Shown here one piece after another: positions 28,356 through 36,901 of a stretch of 64,000 bases of DNA. The DNA lies in the NCBI GenBank assembly GCA_027491915.1, contig JAOZGC010000002.1:480001-544000 (forward strand), in the 5' to 3' direction. Position 1 is the stretch's first letter; each line of letters begins with the position of its first letter. The stretch is from Thermoproteota archaeon (GTDB lineage Archaea; Korarchaeota; Korarchaeia; Korarchaeales; Korarchaeaceae). Under the pieces are notes generated by a model. The model was given only the letters and a program-made list of their open reading frames with translations. It had not been told where the DNA came from and made no database searches. Made by a program: the position numbers and the translations under genes.

Positions 28356-30308
28356 CCCCCCTCCCCGGCGCTCGACCCTCCTGGCGGCCCTCCTCAGCCT
28401 CTCGGCCAACGCCCCCACGGCCCTGTCGTATATCCCCCTGAAGCTCCTGTAGAAGACCTTGGCCAGGTCGTAGGTTATCAGGAAGAAGACCGCGATCAGG
28501 GTCAGGGCCGATGCCCTGGCGGCCGCCCCCCCGACCACCGGGACGGCCTGCAGCCCCGCGGGCAGGAACCAGATGAGGACCGCCGTGAAGGTCAGGTAGA
28601 TCAGGTCCGTCAGGGCCTCTCTCACCGCCGACCTGGTCACCGCCCCGAGCCTCCTGGCCAGCCACCCCGAGGACAGGTCCACGAAGAACTTCCCGGCCAT
28701 GAGCAGCCTGTACCCGAAGTAGACCACCGCCACGGTCCTGAGGATGGCGATCAATTCGTCGGCCCCGACGGAGATCCCACCCAGCTCCAGGGGCGGCAGC
28801 CCCGCGACCGCCCCGGAGGCGGCCGTCAGCACCGTGAGGGAGATCAGGAGCCAGAGCCCGCTGGCCAGCAGGGAGGAGAGGTTCTCCTCCACCTCTCCCC
28901 CGATCCTCCTCGTCGGCCGACGTTCGACCTCCGGGAGGGGAGGCCTCCAGGGCTCTATCCCGGCCCTCGGCGCCCTCTTACCGGGAACATCGGCCCTCCT
29001 GGAGGCCGCCAACATGACGGCTGAGGCGGCCGCCGGCACCACCGCCATGTACAGGAGGAACCCCAGCGGCCTGCCGACCGCCAGGAACAGGGCGGCGGCC
29101 AGGAGCCTCACGTCCCTCCCGGCAGGGCTCCACCTCCTGAATCGGATCACCCAGCTGTTGGACGCCCACCCCAGCAGGTGGGACGAGTAGCTGTAGACGA
29201 AGACCCCCCCGGCGGCGGCGGAGACGAGGGCGACCCCGGGGGCGCCCGAGACCCCGGCCGCGATCCCGGCGGCCGCCACCACGGCCAGGTCCGCGACCCT
29301 GTCCATCAGCGCGTCCAGGGCGCCGCCGAACCTGCTGGCCGACCCGCACAGCCTGGCCACCTCCCCGTCCACCCCGTCCACTATAGACGACAGCTGCACG
29401 GCCGCCGCGGCGGCCAGGAGGCGTCCCGCGGCGGCGGCCGCGGCGCCGGCCAGGCCCAGGGCGAGCGAGGCCAGGGACACCAGGTTCGGCGAGGGGCACC
29501 TCCCCCTGAGGTACAGCCCCACCGACAGCGCGGTCGAGACGGGCCTGTTCAGGTACCTGGACACCGGACCGTCCCCGGGCTTGATCAGGGACCTCCTCAG
29601 CAGCTTGGGCAGCATCCTCCTGGCCTCCTCGAGATCCTCCGGGGTGTCCACGTCCAGCCAGAGGAGGCCGGTGACGTCGACGTGGTCGACCTGGGAGTCC
29701 TCGACGGCCCTCCTGAGGGCGTCGGCCACCGTGGCCCCGGGCCCCCTCTCCCGGAGCACCTCTTCCACTATCTCCGTCGCCCTGGAGGAACAGTAGAAGA
29801 GCCCGGTGTCTATGCCGTAGATCGCCGGGGCCCTCTTCCCCACCCAGTCTACCCGCCCCTCCCGGAGGACCACCTTGAGCCCCTCCTCCACCCTGTCCCA
29901 CCTGGGGTTGGCGTCCAGGCACAGGGTGAAGGCGGAGTCTCCCCTCATCTCCAGGAGCCTCCTGAGCATCTCCGGCTCGAAGACGTGATCCGACATCACC
30001 AGGACGAAATCCCCCTCCCCAGCGGCCTCTATCCCGACCTTCAGGGAGTAGAGGTTTCCGAAGCCGCCCTCCGCCTCCACCGGGACGACCTCTATCCCGC
30101 CGCCGTACCTCTCCTCGAACAGGCGGGAGAACTCCCTCCGGGTGACCACCACTATCCTATCGAACCCGGCCTCCCTCAGCCACCTCAGGGTCAGATCCAT
30201 TATGGCGAGCCCGGGGGCCAGCTCGAACAGGCACTTCGGCTTATCCCTCGAGTGATTCCCCATCCTGGTCGCCGATCCGGCCGCTAGGATCACAGCTGTG
30301 GTCGTCAT
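28233..30308 (-). CDS. Bifunctional IPCT/DIPPS-like enzyme (NTP transferase + CDP-alcohol phosphotransferase) with an extra C-terminal membrane domain
   Basis: VILAAGSATRM..PKC, MSDH and WLDVDTPEDL motifs, then DGPVSRYLNRP, SPNLVS and DGVDGEVAR..G..D..MDR. GGAGGT RBS upstream of ATG 30308. Confidence 0.88.
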   Translation of the reverse strand: MTTTAVILAAGSATRMGNHSRDKPKCLFELAPGLAIMDLTLRWLREAGFDRIVVVTRREFSRLFEERYGGGIEVVPVEAEGGFGNLYSLKVGIEAAGEGDFVLVMSDHVFEPEMLRRLLEMRGDSAFTLCLDANPRWDRVEEGLKVVLREGRVDWVGKRAPAIYGIDTGLFYCSSRATEIVEEVLRERGPGATVADALRRAVEDSQVDHVDVTGLLWLDVDTPEDLEEARRMLPKLLRRSLIKPGDGPVSRYLNRPVSTALSVGLYLRGRCPSPNLVSLASLALGLAGAAAAAAGRLLAAAAAVQLSSIVDGVDGEVARLCGSASRFGGALDALMDRVADLAVVAAAGIAAGVSGAPGVALVSAAAGGVFVYSYSSHLLGWASNSWVIRFRRWSPAGRDVRLLAAALFLAVGRPLGFLLYMAVVPAAASAVMLAASRRADVPGKRAPRAGIEPWRPPLPEVERRPTRRIGGEVEENLSSLLASGLWLLISLTVLTAASGAVAGLPPLELGGISVGADELIAILRTVAVVYFGYRLLMAGKFFVDLSSGWLARRLGAVTRSAVREALTDLIYLTFTAVLIWFLPAGLQAVPVVGGAAARASALTLIAVFFLITYDLAKVFYRSFRGIYDRAVGALAERLRRAARRVERRGGGSTPGAAGSVATQEPAGGEVAGVESPPPEGGPGGDGPGDQE

Positions 30309-30651
30309 CGATCCCAAACCTCCCGGCGGAGAGGAGGAGACGCGCCTCCCCCCAGGCGGACCAATAAAAAGGGGGACCCGGCCGGGTCCCAGCCCCGGCG
30401 CGTCTCGGCCGGTCCGGTCCGATCCGGTTGGGTCGCGGCGCGTCCGCCGGGTCGGGGTGTCCCCGCCCCAGGTAGGGATCTCCCGGGGTCCCCCTCGGGT
30501 CGGTCCGGATTGCGGGAGCCGACGACCCCGGACCCCTGACCACCCCGCGGCCAGCACCGAGTCGCCCCCCGCCAGGACGGCGGATCCCCTTGGCCCGGTC
30601 AGCCGGGCCCGGCCTGGAGCCTCGGCCCCCCGGGGGCCTGGGAACCAGAGG

Positions 30652-30681
30652 CCCCACCCCACCCCACCCCACCCCACCCCA
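30652..30681. repeat. (CCCCA)6 pentanucleotide tandem repeat, (TGGGG)6 on the minus strand
   Basis: Read directly; intergenic. Confidence 0.95.
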
Positions 30682-30859
30682 GATCTCCTGTCAGATTTCC
30701 CTCCGATGGGAGCATCCCCAGAAGCGTGACGGGCACCAGCGGCGGATTCGAATTCTCGGGCACTCCCCGAGCAGATCCGTCCGAAGGTCGCTCGCAATCT
30801 GTCCCAGACTCCCGGCGGTTTCCCCCGGCCGCCCCCGGGCCCTCCTCTCCCGCCGCAAC

Positions 30860-31342
30860 CTACAACCTGAGACGTCTGCCGGAAGACTCCAAGAATCGCC
30901 CAAACCACCTGACGGCCTCCTCCTGAGCCGAGTTCTCCAGGGAGCACGGCCTCAGGGACCTCACCCTGTATATCGCCTCGTCCGGCGGGATCCCCCTCCG
31001 AACCAGGTACGCGGCCAGCGCAGTCCCGGTCCTGCCGCAGCCCATCAGACAGTGCACCACCACCCTCTCCCCCGAGGAGGCGTGTCCCTCGAGTATACCG
31101 GTTATTAGGTCGAGCTGTCTCACGGTGGGGGCCGAGAAGTCCTCCACCGGGACGACGTGGTGCTCCAGCCCGACCTCCCGGATGGTCTCGGCGACGTCGG
31201 GCGGGAGGTTGGGATCCAGGGATACCACCGCCCTCACGCCGACGCCGAGCAGCCACACCACCTCCTCGGGAGAGGACGGCATGGCCGACCCCGCGACGAA
31301 CTCGTCCAGCCAGGAGAAGTTCCTGGGCCTCCGGGCGCGCAC
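30860..31342 (-). CDS. Dual-specificity/protein-tyrosine phosphatase
   Basis: NFSW, PVEDFSAPT, VHCLMGCGRTG (CX5R) and R.LRP.SLE..Q motifs; start assigned to GTG 31342. Confidence 0.9.
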   Translation of the reverse strand: MRARRPRNFSWLDEFVAGSAMPSSPEEVVWLLGVGVRAVVSLDPNLPPDVAETIREVGLEHHVVPVEDFSAPTVRQLDLITGILEGHASSGERVVVHCLMGCGRTGTALAAYLVRRGIPPDEAIYRVRSLRPCSLENSAQEEAVRWFGRFLESSGRRLRL

Positions 31343-31513
31343 GCCGCGGCGGGTCGGTCGCGCCCTTAATCGCTTCCGATCCACGGTAGATCCCTCCCGA
31401 TCTGGCCTCTCTGCATGACCTCGGAGGTCGCCGGGCACCCTCCTACCTCAGGGAACCGGAGGTCTAGGTCTCCAGGACGGTCGACAGCCCCCCGATCGTC
31501 TGGGGGCGGCGGA

Positions 31514-31945
31514 TCACAGGCCCAGCACCGACACCCTGACCGTCCTGGTCCTGGGCCCGTCCAGCTCCAGGAGAAGCACCCTCTGCCACGTCCCCAAGTC
31601 GAGTCTCCCCTCCCTCACTGGGATCGACCTGGAGTTCCCCACCATCGAGCTGATTATGTGGGCGTGGGCGTTCTGCTCCCCCGGCATCCCGGCGTACTTC
31701 TCGTTGTGTCTGTACCTCCCGCCAACCGGGACGAGCCCGGTCAGGGACTTCAGGATGTCCTCCCACAGATCTGGATCACCCTCGTTCACTACGACCGCGC
31801 AGGTGGTGTGGGGAACGGAGACCACGGCGATCCCATCCTGGACGCCGGAGGCTGAGACCGCCTCCCCGACCTCGGGCGTGACGTCGATCACCTGCAGCCT
31901 CTCGGACGTCCTGACCGCGAACTCGGAGGTGGGCACCTCGGTCAC
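31514..31945 (-). CDS. yjbQ: YjbQ/UPF0047 family protein
   Basis: PHTTCAVVVNE, NAHAH and LGTWQRVLLLELDGPR motifs. Confidence 0.92.
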   Translation of the reverse strand: MTEVPTSEFAVRTSERLQVIDVTPEVGEAVSASGVQDGIAVVSVPHTTCAVVVNEGDPDLWEDILKSLTGLVPVGGRYRHNEKYAGMPGEQNAHAHIISSMVGNSRSIPVREGRLDLGTWQRVLLLELDGPRTRTVRVSVLGL

Positions 31946-32089
31946 CCCCCCAAGCGGACCCCGACCCGATTTAATGGGCCCCCTCCCGCGCCGCGCGCAC
32001 CGTCAGCCTCCAGCTGGAGGGCACCCTCCCCGGGCAGAATTCATCCCTGGGATTCTGCGCGTCGATTCCGCCTCTCGACCGACGCCGGT

Positions 32090-32809
32090 TCAGCCAGACG
32101 CGACGACGGCCACCCTGACCAGGCCGGCCGCCTCGGCGGGGACCTCCCTCCTCTCCCCCCCGACCTCCACCCTCAGGAAGCCGTCCCCCACCTCGACCAC
32201 CCTGATCACCCACCCCGGCGCCACCAGGTCCAGCAGGCTCGGGTCCCCGACCTCGACCACCACGGCCCTGTCCCCCTCGCCCAGGCGGTTCATGGGAACG
32301 ATCTCCAGCCCCGCCAACTTCTCCTCGGGGGGCTTCCCGCAGAACCACGGCAGCCTCCCCTCCTCGGAGAAGCGCCTGAACCCCAGGAGCCAGAGGGGCT
32401 CCACCTCGGAGCAGGCCTCGAAGAACTCCAGGAACCTGATGAACCTGTTCAGGGTGTCCTCGTCCAGGTAGTGCTCCATGGAGCAGGCCTCCCGGGCGGC
32501 CTCCTCCTCCTCCACCCCGAGGAACTCCGACAGGAATCTCTTGAGCACCACGTGCCTCCTGTAGACGTCCCTGGCGATCCTCCTCCCCTCGGGGGTCAGC
32601 TCTATCCACCCGTACCTCTCGTAGCTCACGAGCCCCCTCTGGCTCAGGGATCTCAGCATCTGAACCGCCGAGGGCATCCTGACCCCCAGCAGCCTCGAGA
32701 CGTCCCTCAGCCTGGCGGGCCTCCCCCCTCCCTCCTCCTCTATAATTAGGAGGGCCTCCAGGTAGTCCTCCTCCCTCGGGGTGAGACCCCCCTCGCCTCT
32801 TCGGCCCAT
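32090..32809 (-). CDS. DtxR/MntR-family metal-dependent transcriptional regulator
   Basis: EEDYLEAL, HTH, LTPEG..RRH..FL..ACSMEH motifs; degenerate FeoA/SH3-like tail. Confidence 0.92.
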   Translation of the reverse strand: MGRRGEGGLTPREEDYLEALLIIEEEGGGRPARLRDVSRLLGVRMPSAVQMLRSLSQRGLVSYERYGWIELTPEGRRIARDVYRRHVVLKRFLSEFLGVEEEEAAREACSMEHYLDEDTLNRFIRFLEFFEACSEVEPLWLLGFRRFSEEGRLPWFCGKPPEEKLAGLEIVPMNRLGEGDRAVVVEVGDPSLLDLVAPGWVIRVVEVGDGFLRVEVGGERREVPAEAAGLVRVAVVASG

Positions 32810-32823
32810 CTAAGAAACTTAGA
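32809..32823. promoter_or_regulatory. Palindromic operator TCTAAG-AAA-CTTAGA abutting the DtxR start codon
   Basis: Perfect 6-bp inverted repeat between the TATA-like TTAAGTAT and the ATG. Confidence 0.6.
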
Positions 32824-32895
32824 CGGTCCTTCATACTTAACCTTATCCAGAGGGGCAACGGTAACGTAATTTAGAAGCCTCGAGGCGGCCGGCCG

Positions 32896-33600
32896 ATGGC
32901 GAACGCCGAGGGGTTGGGCGGGTCGATCCCCGCCACTGTCGCGGCCGTGGGGACCTTCCTGGCGGTCTCGGCGGCCGCCTACCTGGCGTGGCCTCCGAGC
33001 CCGACGGAGGTGACCTGGGGAATCGTCTTCGTCGCATGGATACTTTTCATAGTGTTCTGGGCCTCGAAGCTGGTGGCTGCCAGGTGGAACAAGTACATAG
33101 CCAGAAAGTTCATCCACTTCACCACCGGGGGGCTGGTGGCCGTCCTCAGCCCGTGGATCTTCGAGACGCCGACGATCCCGGTCATAGGGGCGGCGGGAAT
33201 GGCCCTCATGACCGTCCTCCCGAGGATATGGGGGAGCGAGCTGGACTGGTATCAGGTGAGGGACAACTTCGGGGACACCTGGTTCTGCGTGAGCTTCGCC
33301 CTCCTCTACGCCCTACTCTGGTGGACCGATCTCAGGCTCGCCGTGATACCCGCTGTGTTCATGGCCTACGGCGACGGGGTCACGGGCGTGGTCCGGAGCG
33401 TGGTGTACGGGAGGTGGATCAAGGGATGGTGGGGGACCGCGGCCATGGCCCTGGTGTGCCTCCCGGTGGGCCTCCTGGCCGCCGGCGTGCCGGGCCTCCT
33501 GGCCGGGGCCGCCGCCACCGCGGTGGAGAAGCTCTCCCTGCTGGACGACAACATCACGGTTCCGGCGGTCTCCGCCGCCGTGCTCTACCTCCTGATGTGA
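32896..33600 (+). CDS. Dolichol/phytol kinase-like CTP-dependent membrane kinase
   Basis: ARKFIH, G..WF, MAYGDGVTG, KGWWG and E....DDNITVP motifs. Confidence 0.8.
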   Translation: MANAEGLGGSIPATVAAVGTFLAVSAAAYLAWPPSPTEVTWGIVFVAWILFIVFWASKLVAARWNKYIARKFIHFTTGGLVAVLSPWIFETPTIPVIGAAGMALMTVLPRIWGSELDWYQVRDNFGDTWFCVSFALLYALLWWTDLRLAVIPAVFMAYGDGVTGVVRSVVYGRWIKGWWGTAAMALVCLPVGLLAAGVPGLLAGAAATAVEKLSLLDDNITVPAVSAAVLYLLM

Positions 33601-33608
33601 CCGGCGGA

Positions 33609-34361
33609 TCAGGGGAGGGAGACCGCGCCCCTCAGCACCGGCCGGTATAGGAGGTTGGCGAAGGCGGCCTTCAGCAGGAAGTCCAGTGCCATCAGTACCG
33701 CTGCCGCCGTCAGGGGGCGCCTAAGGTCGCGCCACCCCAGGTCGGTCTGCCCCAGGAGCCTGAGCAGGGGGACTGAGAGGACCGTCCCCAGCGCGGTGTA
33801 CCCCACCACGCGGAGGATGGCGTAGATCGGCCAGCCGGCCGCCAGCACCACCGCCTCCCTCCCGGGCACCGCGCTCAGTATGAGGCACCCGTAGTAGAAG
33901 TTCATGTAGTTCAGGAGGACGGCCCCTAGGGCCAGCCCCAGCATCCCGCCGCTCGCCAGCGACAGGGCCGAGAACACCGCGATCTCCCTGACCTTGGGCC
34001 AGAAGAACAGGGAGGGGTCCCCCTCGGCCCCCCGGCCCGTCCTTATCCACTCGAACATCTCCGCCCTGTAGGACTCCCCCATCAGGATCAGGGGCCCAAC
34101 CCCTCCCCCGGAGGCCACGGTCGCCGCGGTCACCGCCGCCCCGGAGGCCGCCGCCCAGAGGAGGACGTGGACGACCGCGGACCAGATTCTGCCCGCCCTC
34201 AGGTCCCCCAGGTACACCGGGTATATGGCGGCGGTCATGACCGCCGGGAGGAGGATCGGGTGGATCCGCGCCAGGGCGAGGCCCAGCAGCGCCGAGACGA
34301 ATCCCAGGGAGGCGGAGACCAGCATCCCGCCCACCCCGGATCCCAGGTCCTCGAGCCTCAT
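33609..34361 (-). CDS. Hypothetical multi-pass membrane protein (possibly SpoIIM-like)
   Basis: About six TM segments; YRAEMFEWIRTG..E and LNYMNFY motifs. Confidence 0.65.
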   Translation of the reverse strand: MRLEDLGSGVGGMLVSASLGFVSALLGLALARIHPILLPAVMTAAIYPVYLGDLRAGRIWSAVVHVLLWAAASGAAVTAATVASGGGVGPLILMGESYRAEMFEWIRTGRGAEGDPSLFFWPKVREIAVFSALSLASGGMLGLALGAVLLNYMNFYYGCLILSAVPGREAVVLAAGWPIYAILRVVGYTALGTVLSVPLLRLLGQTDLGWRDLRRPLTAAAVLMALDFLLKAAFANLLYRPVLRGAVSLP

Positions 34362-34422
34362 AGTCCGGCGCCCCGTCGGCCGATTAAAAAGGACTTTTAA
34401 CCGAGCCCGCGCCTGCGGACGG

Positions 34423-35331
34423 GTGATCTCCCGCTTGAGGGCATCGGTCAGGAGGGCGGGGCCAGGGGACGCGGGCCCGCTGGCCGAGATGCTCCGCGAG
34501 TTCTACTCTTACCACTCCTCCATGCTGGGCGGTCGCCCGATCCGCCGGGAGGAGGGGGAGAGGCTGGCCCGCGAGGCCCTGTCAGACCCCAGGTCCTCCG
34601 TGCTGCTGGCGGAGGAGGGGGGAGAGATCGTCGGCTTCGCCAGGATTCAGGAGCACGAGGGGGCGATCTTCCTCAGGGAGATATACGTCAGGCCCGGCCT
34701 CAGGCGCAGGGGCGTGGGTTCCGCCCTCCTCTCGGCGTGCGAGGGGGAGGCGGCCGACAGGTGGGGCCGGGGGGACCTATACCTGAGCGTCGTGCCGGCC
34801 AACCTGGGGGCCCTGGACTTCTTCCTGGCCAGGGGCTACGACTTCCTCAACACCCTGGAGCTGACCAAGTGGGAGGGGGGAGCCGACTCGGAGGTGGTCC
34901 TCCTGGGCAGGAGGCTGGGGGTCAGGCTGGGGCGCGCGGCGTCCACCCCGCCGGGCCTGCTGAGGGGGATGGAGGCGCGCGTCAGGCCGGGGGAGTTCTG
35001 CGTCGCCAGGTGCCGACGCAGGCCGGGCTCGGCCTTCGCCGTGGTGGACGACGGGAAAGAGATCACGGTAGTGGCCCCCTGCGGGGAGTTGGAGGAATCC
35101 GGGTGCGGCCCGACGGACGTGGAGCGCGGCTACAGGATCCTCACGTTCGAGGCCGAGCTGCCCTTCGACCTGGTGGGATTCATGGCCGCCGTGTCCGGGG
35201 CCCTGGCCGCCGAGGGGGTGAGCCTGCTGGCCCTGTCCTCCTACTCCACCGACCACGTGCTGGTCAGGTCGGGCGACCTCGACGCGGCCGAGAGGGCCCT
35301 GCGCAGGCTCGGCATGAAGGTATCGCGGTGA
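34423..35331 (+). CDS. GNAT acetyltransferase fused to a C-terminal ACT (CASTOR/ACT_7-like) module
   Basis: IYVRPGLRRRGVGSALL..N.GALDFF..GY in the GNAT part, then LPFDLVGFMAAVSGALAAEGVSLLALSSYSTDHVLV. Confidence 0.8.
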   Translation: MISRLRASVRRAGPGDAGPLAEMLREFYSYHSSMLGGRPIRREEGERLAREALSDPRSSVLLAEEGGEIVGFARIQEHEGAIFLREIYVRPGLRRRGVGSALLSACEGEAADRWGRGDLYLSVVPANLGALDFFLARGYDFLNTLELTKWEGGADSEVVLLGRRLGVRLGRAASTPPGLLRGMEARVRPGEFCVARCRRRPGSAFAVVDDGKEITVVAPCGELEESGCGPTDVERGYRILTFEAELPFDLVGFMAAVSGALAAEGVSLLALSSYSTDHVLVRSGDLDAAERALRRLGMKVSR

Positions 35332-35371
35332 CCCCGATCCTCCCGGCCGGCCGGGAGCCTCCCCGAGATTG

Positions 35372-35420
35372 ATTAGAGTGAGAAAGAAGGGGAAGAGGGA
35401 GGAATGAGGGGGAATGAGCT
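35372..35420 (-). terminator. Pyrimidine-rich tract downstream of the NifX-domain gene
   Basis: Plus strand is a purine run (gagaaagaaggggaagagggaggaatgagg), giving a C/T tract in the minus-strand transcript. Confidence 0.4.
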
Positions 35421-35456
35421 AGCGGGGCGGCCGCGGCGGGCTTGGCCCCCCCTCAC

Positions 35457-36038
35457 TCAGCCCTCCCCAGACCCGCCCTCCTCACCCAGCTCCCTCAACC
35501 TCTCGTCGATCTCCCTCAACCTCTCCTCGATCCAGCGCTTCCTCTCCCGTAGGTAGGCTATTTCCTCCTCCCTAGAGAGGATGCCCGGGGGGGTCGGGGG
35601 GGCCCGTCCGGGTGAGGGGGGCCAGGTCGGGCCCGCCGGCGGGAGCGGGGAGGGGGGCCAGCCCAGGGGAGGGCGCCCCGGAGCTGGGAGCGGGCCCGTC
35701 GGGGCACCTCCCCCCTCCAAGAAGTCTTTGACGGCGTCCCTCACCTTCATGCCCCCGTAGCCCGGGACCGGTCTGATCCCCATGCTGGTCAGGGCGGCCA
35801 GCGCGTTCGGACCGAAGTCTCCCGCTATGACCGCCTCGGCCCCCAGGCTGACTACGAACTGGACGGCCGCCGGTCCCGCACCGCTGGCCGCCCGGGCCGC
35901 CGGGTTGGCGTGGCTGGATGCCCCCTCTATCTCGGTTCCCCTCGCCTCCACCAGCACCACGTAGGGGGCCCGGCCGAAGACGTGGGAGACCGACGCGTCG
36001 AGCCCCTCGGGACCGTCGGCGGCCACGGCTATCCTCAT
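35457..36038 (-). CDS. NifB/NifX-family (FeMo-co-binding fold) protein with Pro-rich linker and DUF5320-like C-terminal coiled coil
   Basis: MRIAVA..VSHVFGRAPY..GAG..GDFGPNA; tail SREEEIAYLRERKRWIEERLREIDERLREL. Confidence 0.85.
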   Translation of the reverse strand: MRIAVAADGPEGLDASVSHVFGRAPYVVLVEARGTEIEGASSHANPAARAASGAGPAAVQFVVSLGAEAVIAGDFGPNALAALTSMGIRPVPGYGGMKVRDAVKDFLEGGGAPTGPLPAPGRPPLGWPPSPLPPAGPTWPPSPGRAPPTPPGILSREEEIAYLRERKRWIEERLREIDERLRELGEEGGSGEG

Positions 36039-36484
36039 TTCCCGCCACCCTCCAGCTCCCTGAGCCTCCTGTTCAGATCCTCCAGCTCCCTCCTGAGTTG
36101 ATCCCTCTCGGCCCTGAGAGCCTCTGCCTCGGAGGATGGGTTTAGCCCGGGGGAGGTCCAGGGACCAGGATAGGGATAGGGGGGTGGGTACGGGGGGACC
36201 GATCCGTAGTACGGGAAGCCGTAGCCGTAGACCTGCCACGCGTGGACGATCCGCCCGTCCGGCGAGATGTAGAAGGCGAAGGGTCCGAGCCCGCTCCTAC
36301 AGGGCCCCAGGTACCTGTACCCCCTGGCCGCCGCCGAGCTTATCATGGGCCAGCCCAGCATAGCCCCGAATCCGGGTCCTCCTCCCCACCGACCCCACCC
36401 GGGTCCTCCTCCCCACCCCCATCCAGCTCCACCCCACCTGCCCCTTCCCCTGCCGCGCCCGCGGCCCCAGTACCACCACGCCAT
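36035..36484 (-). CDS. Gly/Arg/Trp/Tyr-rich protein with DUF5320-like C-terminal coiled coil
   Basis: MAWWYWGRGRGRGRGRW..YLGPCRSGLGPFAFY..EAEALRAERDQLRRELEDLNRRLRELE; GGAGGTG RBS. Confidence 0.8.
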   Translation of the reverse strand: MAWWYWGRGRGRGRGRWGGAGWGWGGGPGWGRWGGGPGFGAMLGWPMISSAAARGYRYLGPCRSGLGPFAFYISPDGRIVHAWQVYGYGFPYYGSVPPYPPPYPYPGPWTSPGLNPSSEAEALRAERDQLRRELEDLNRRLRELEGGGK

Positions 36485-36506
36485 CCGACATCGCACCTCC
36501 CATGGA

Positions 36507-36523
36507 TAACATTGATACCCATA
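36507..36523. promoter_or_regulatory. Putative operator, copy 1 (TAACATTGATACCCATA)
   Basis: 14/17 identical to the motif at 36847-36863, in the same position relative to the RBS. Confidence 0.55.
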
Positions 36524-36547
36524 CTGGAATAAAAAATTGCCGATCGT

Positions 36548-36826
36548 TCAGCCGCCCCCGCCCTCCAGCTCCCGGAGCCTTCCCTCTATCTCCCTCAGCC
36601 TGCCCTCAAGCCACTCCTTCTCCCTCAGGAGGGCGTCCCTCTCGGACTTGGGGATCGGCCACCCGTAGCCGTAGATGGGGGGCCAGGAACCGCCGTAGCC
36701 GTACCAGCCCATCAGCCACGGGAGCAGGAGCCAGCACCACCCGCGGCCCCTGCCCCAGCCCCACCACCAGAGCCAGGGCCAGGGTCCGTAGGATCCCCAG
36801 TAGGACGGCCAGTACCACCAGGCCAC
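36548..36826 (-). CDS. Trp/Tyr/Gly-rich small protein with DUF5320-like C-terminal coiled coil
   Basis: (M)AWWYWPSYW..WGRGRGWCW..ERDALLREKEWLEGRLREIEGRLRELE; GGAGGTGA RBS before GTG 36826. Confidence 0.8.
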   Translation of the reverse strand: MAWWYWPSYWGSYGPWPWLWWWGWGRGRGWCWLLLPWLMGWYGYGGSWPPIYGYGWPIPKSERDALLREKEWLEGRLREIEGRLRELEGGGG

Positions 36827-36846
36827 GCCGGTCACCTCCCTTTATG

Positions 36847-36863
36847 TATCATTGTAACCCATA
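36847..36863. promoter_or_regulatory. Putative operator, copy 2 (TATCATTGTAACCCATA), in the divergent padR promoter
   Basis: Matches 36507-36523; TATATATA at 36871-36878. Confidence 0.55.
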
Positions 36864-36901
36864 ACTCGCCTATATATATCTAGCCCCCGGCGCGCCCCGG
36901 G

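Noticed and set aside
30730-30775. TTCGAATCC on the minus strand suggesting a tRNA T-loop
   Set aside because: The flanks do not pair and no cloverleaf can be built.
30330-30860. RNase P RNA, SRP RNA or replication origin
   Set aside because: No P4 signature, no SRP helix-8 motif, and no ORB repeats or AT-rich unwinding element recognised.
30309-31256. 316-aa N-terminal extension of the 1007-aa ORF
   Set aside because: It overlaps the phosphatase gene and non-coding repeats; RBS and TATA support the start at 30308.
31995-32060. Possible C/D-box sRNA on the minus strand (GGATGA ... CTGA) with two hairpins
   Set aside because: Degenerate C box and no credible D'/C' boxes; too weak without RNA data.
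35457-36038. Nitrogen fixation inferred from the NifB/NifX domain (and from fixABCX)
   Set aside because: No nifHDK here; both families are widespread in non-diazotrophs.
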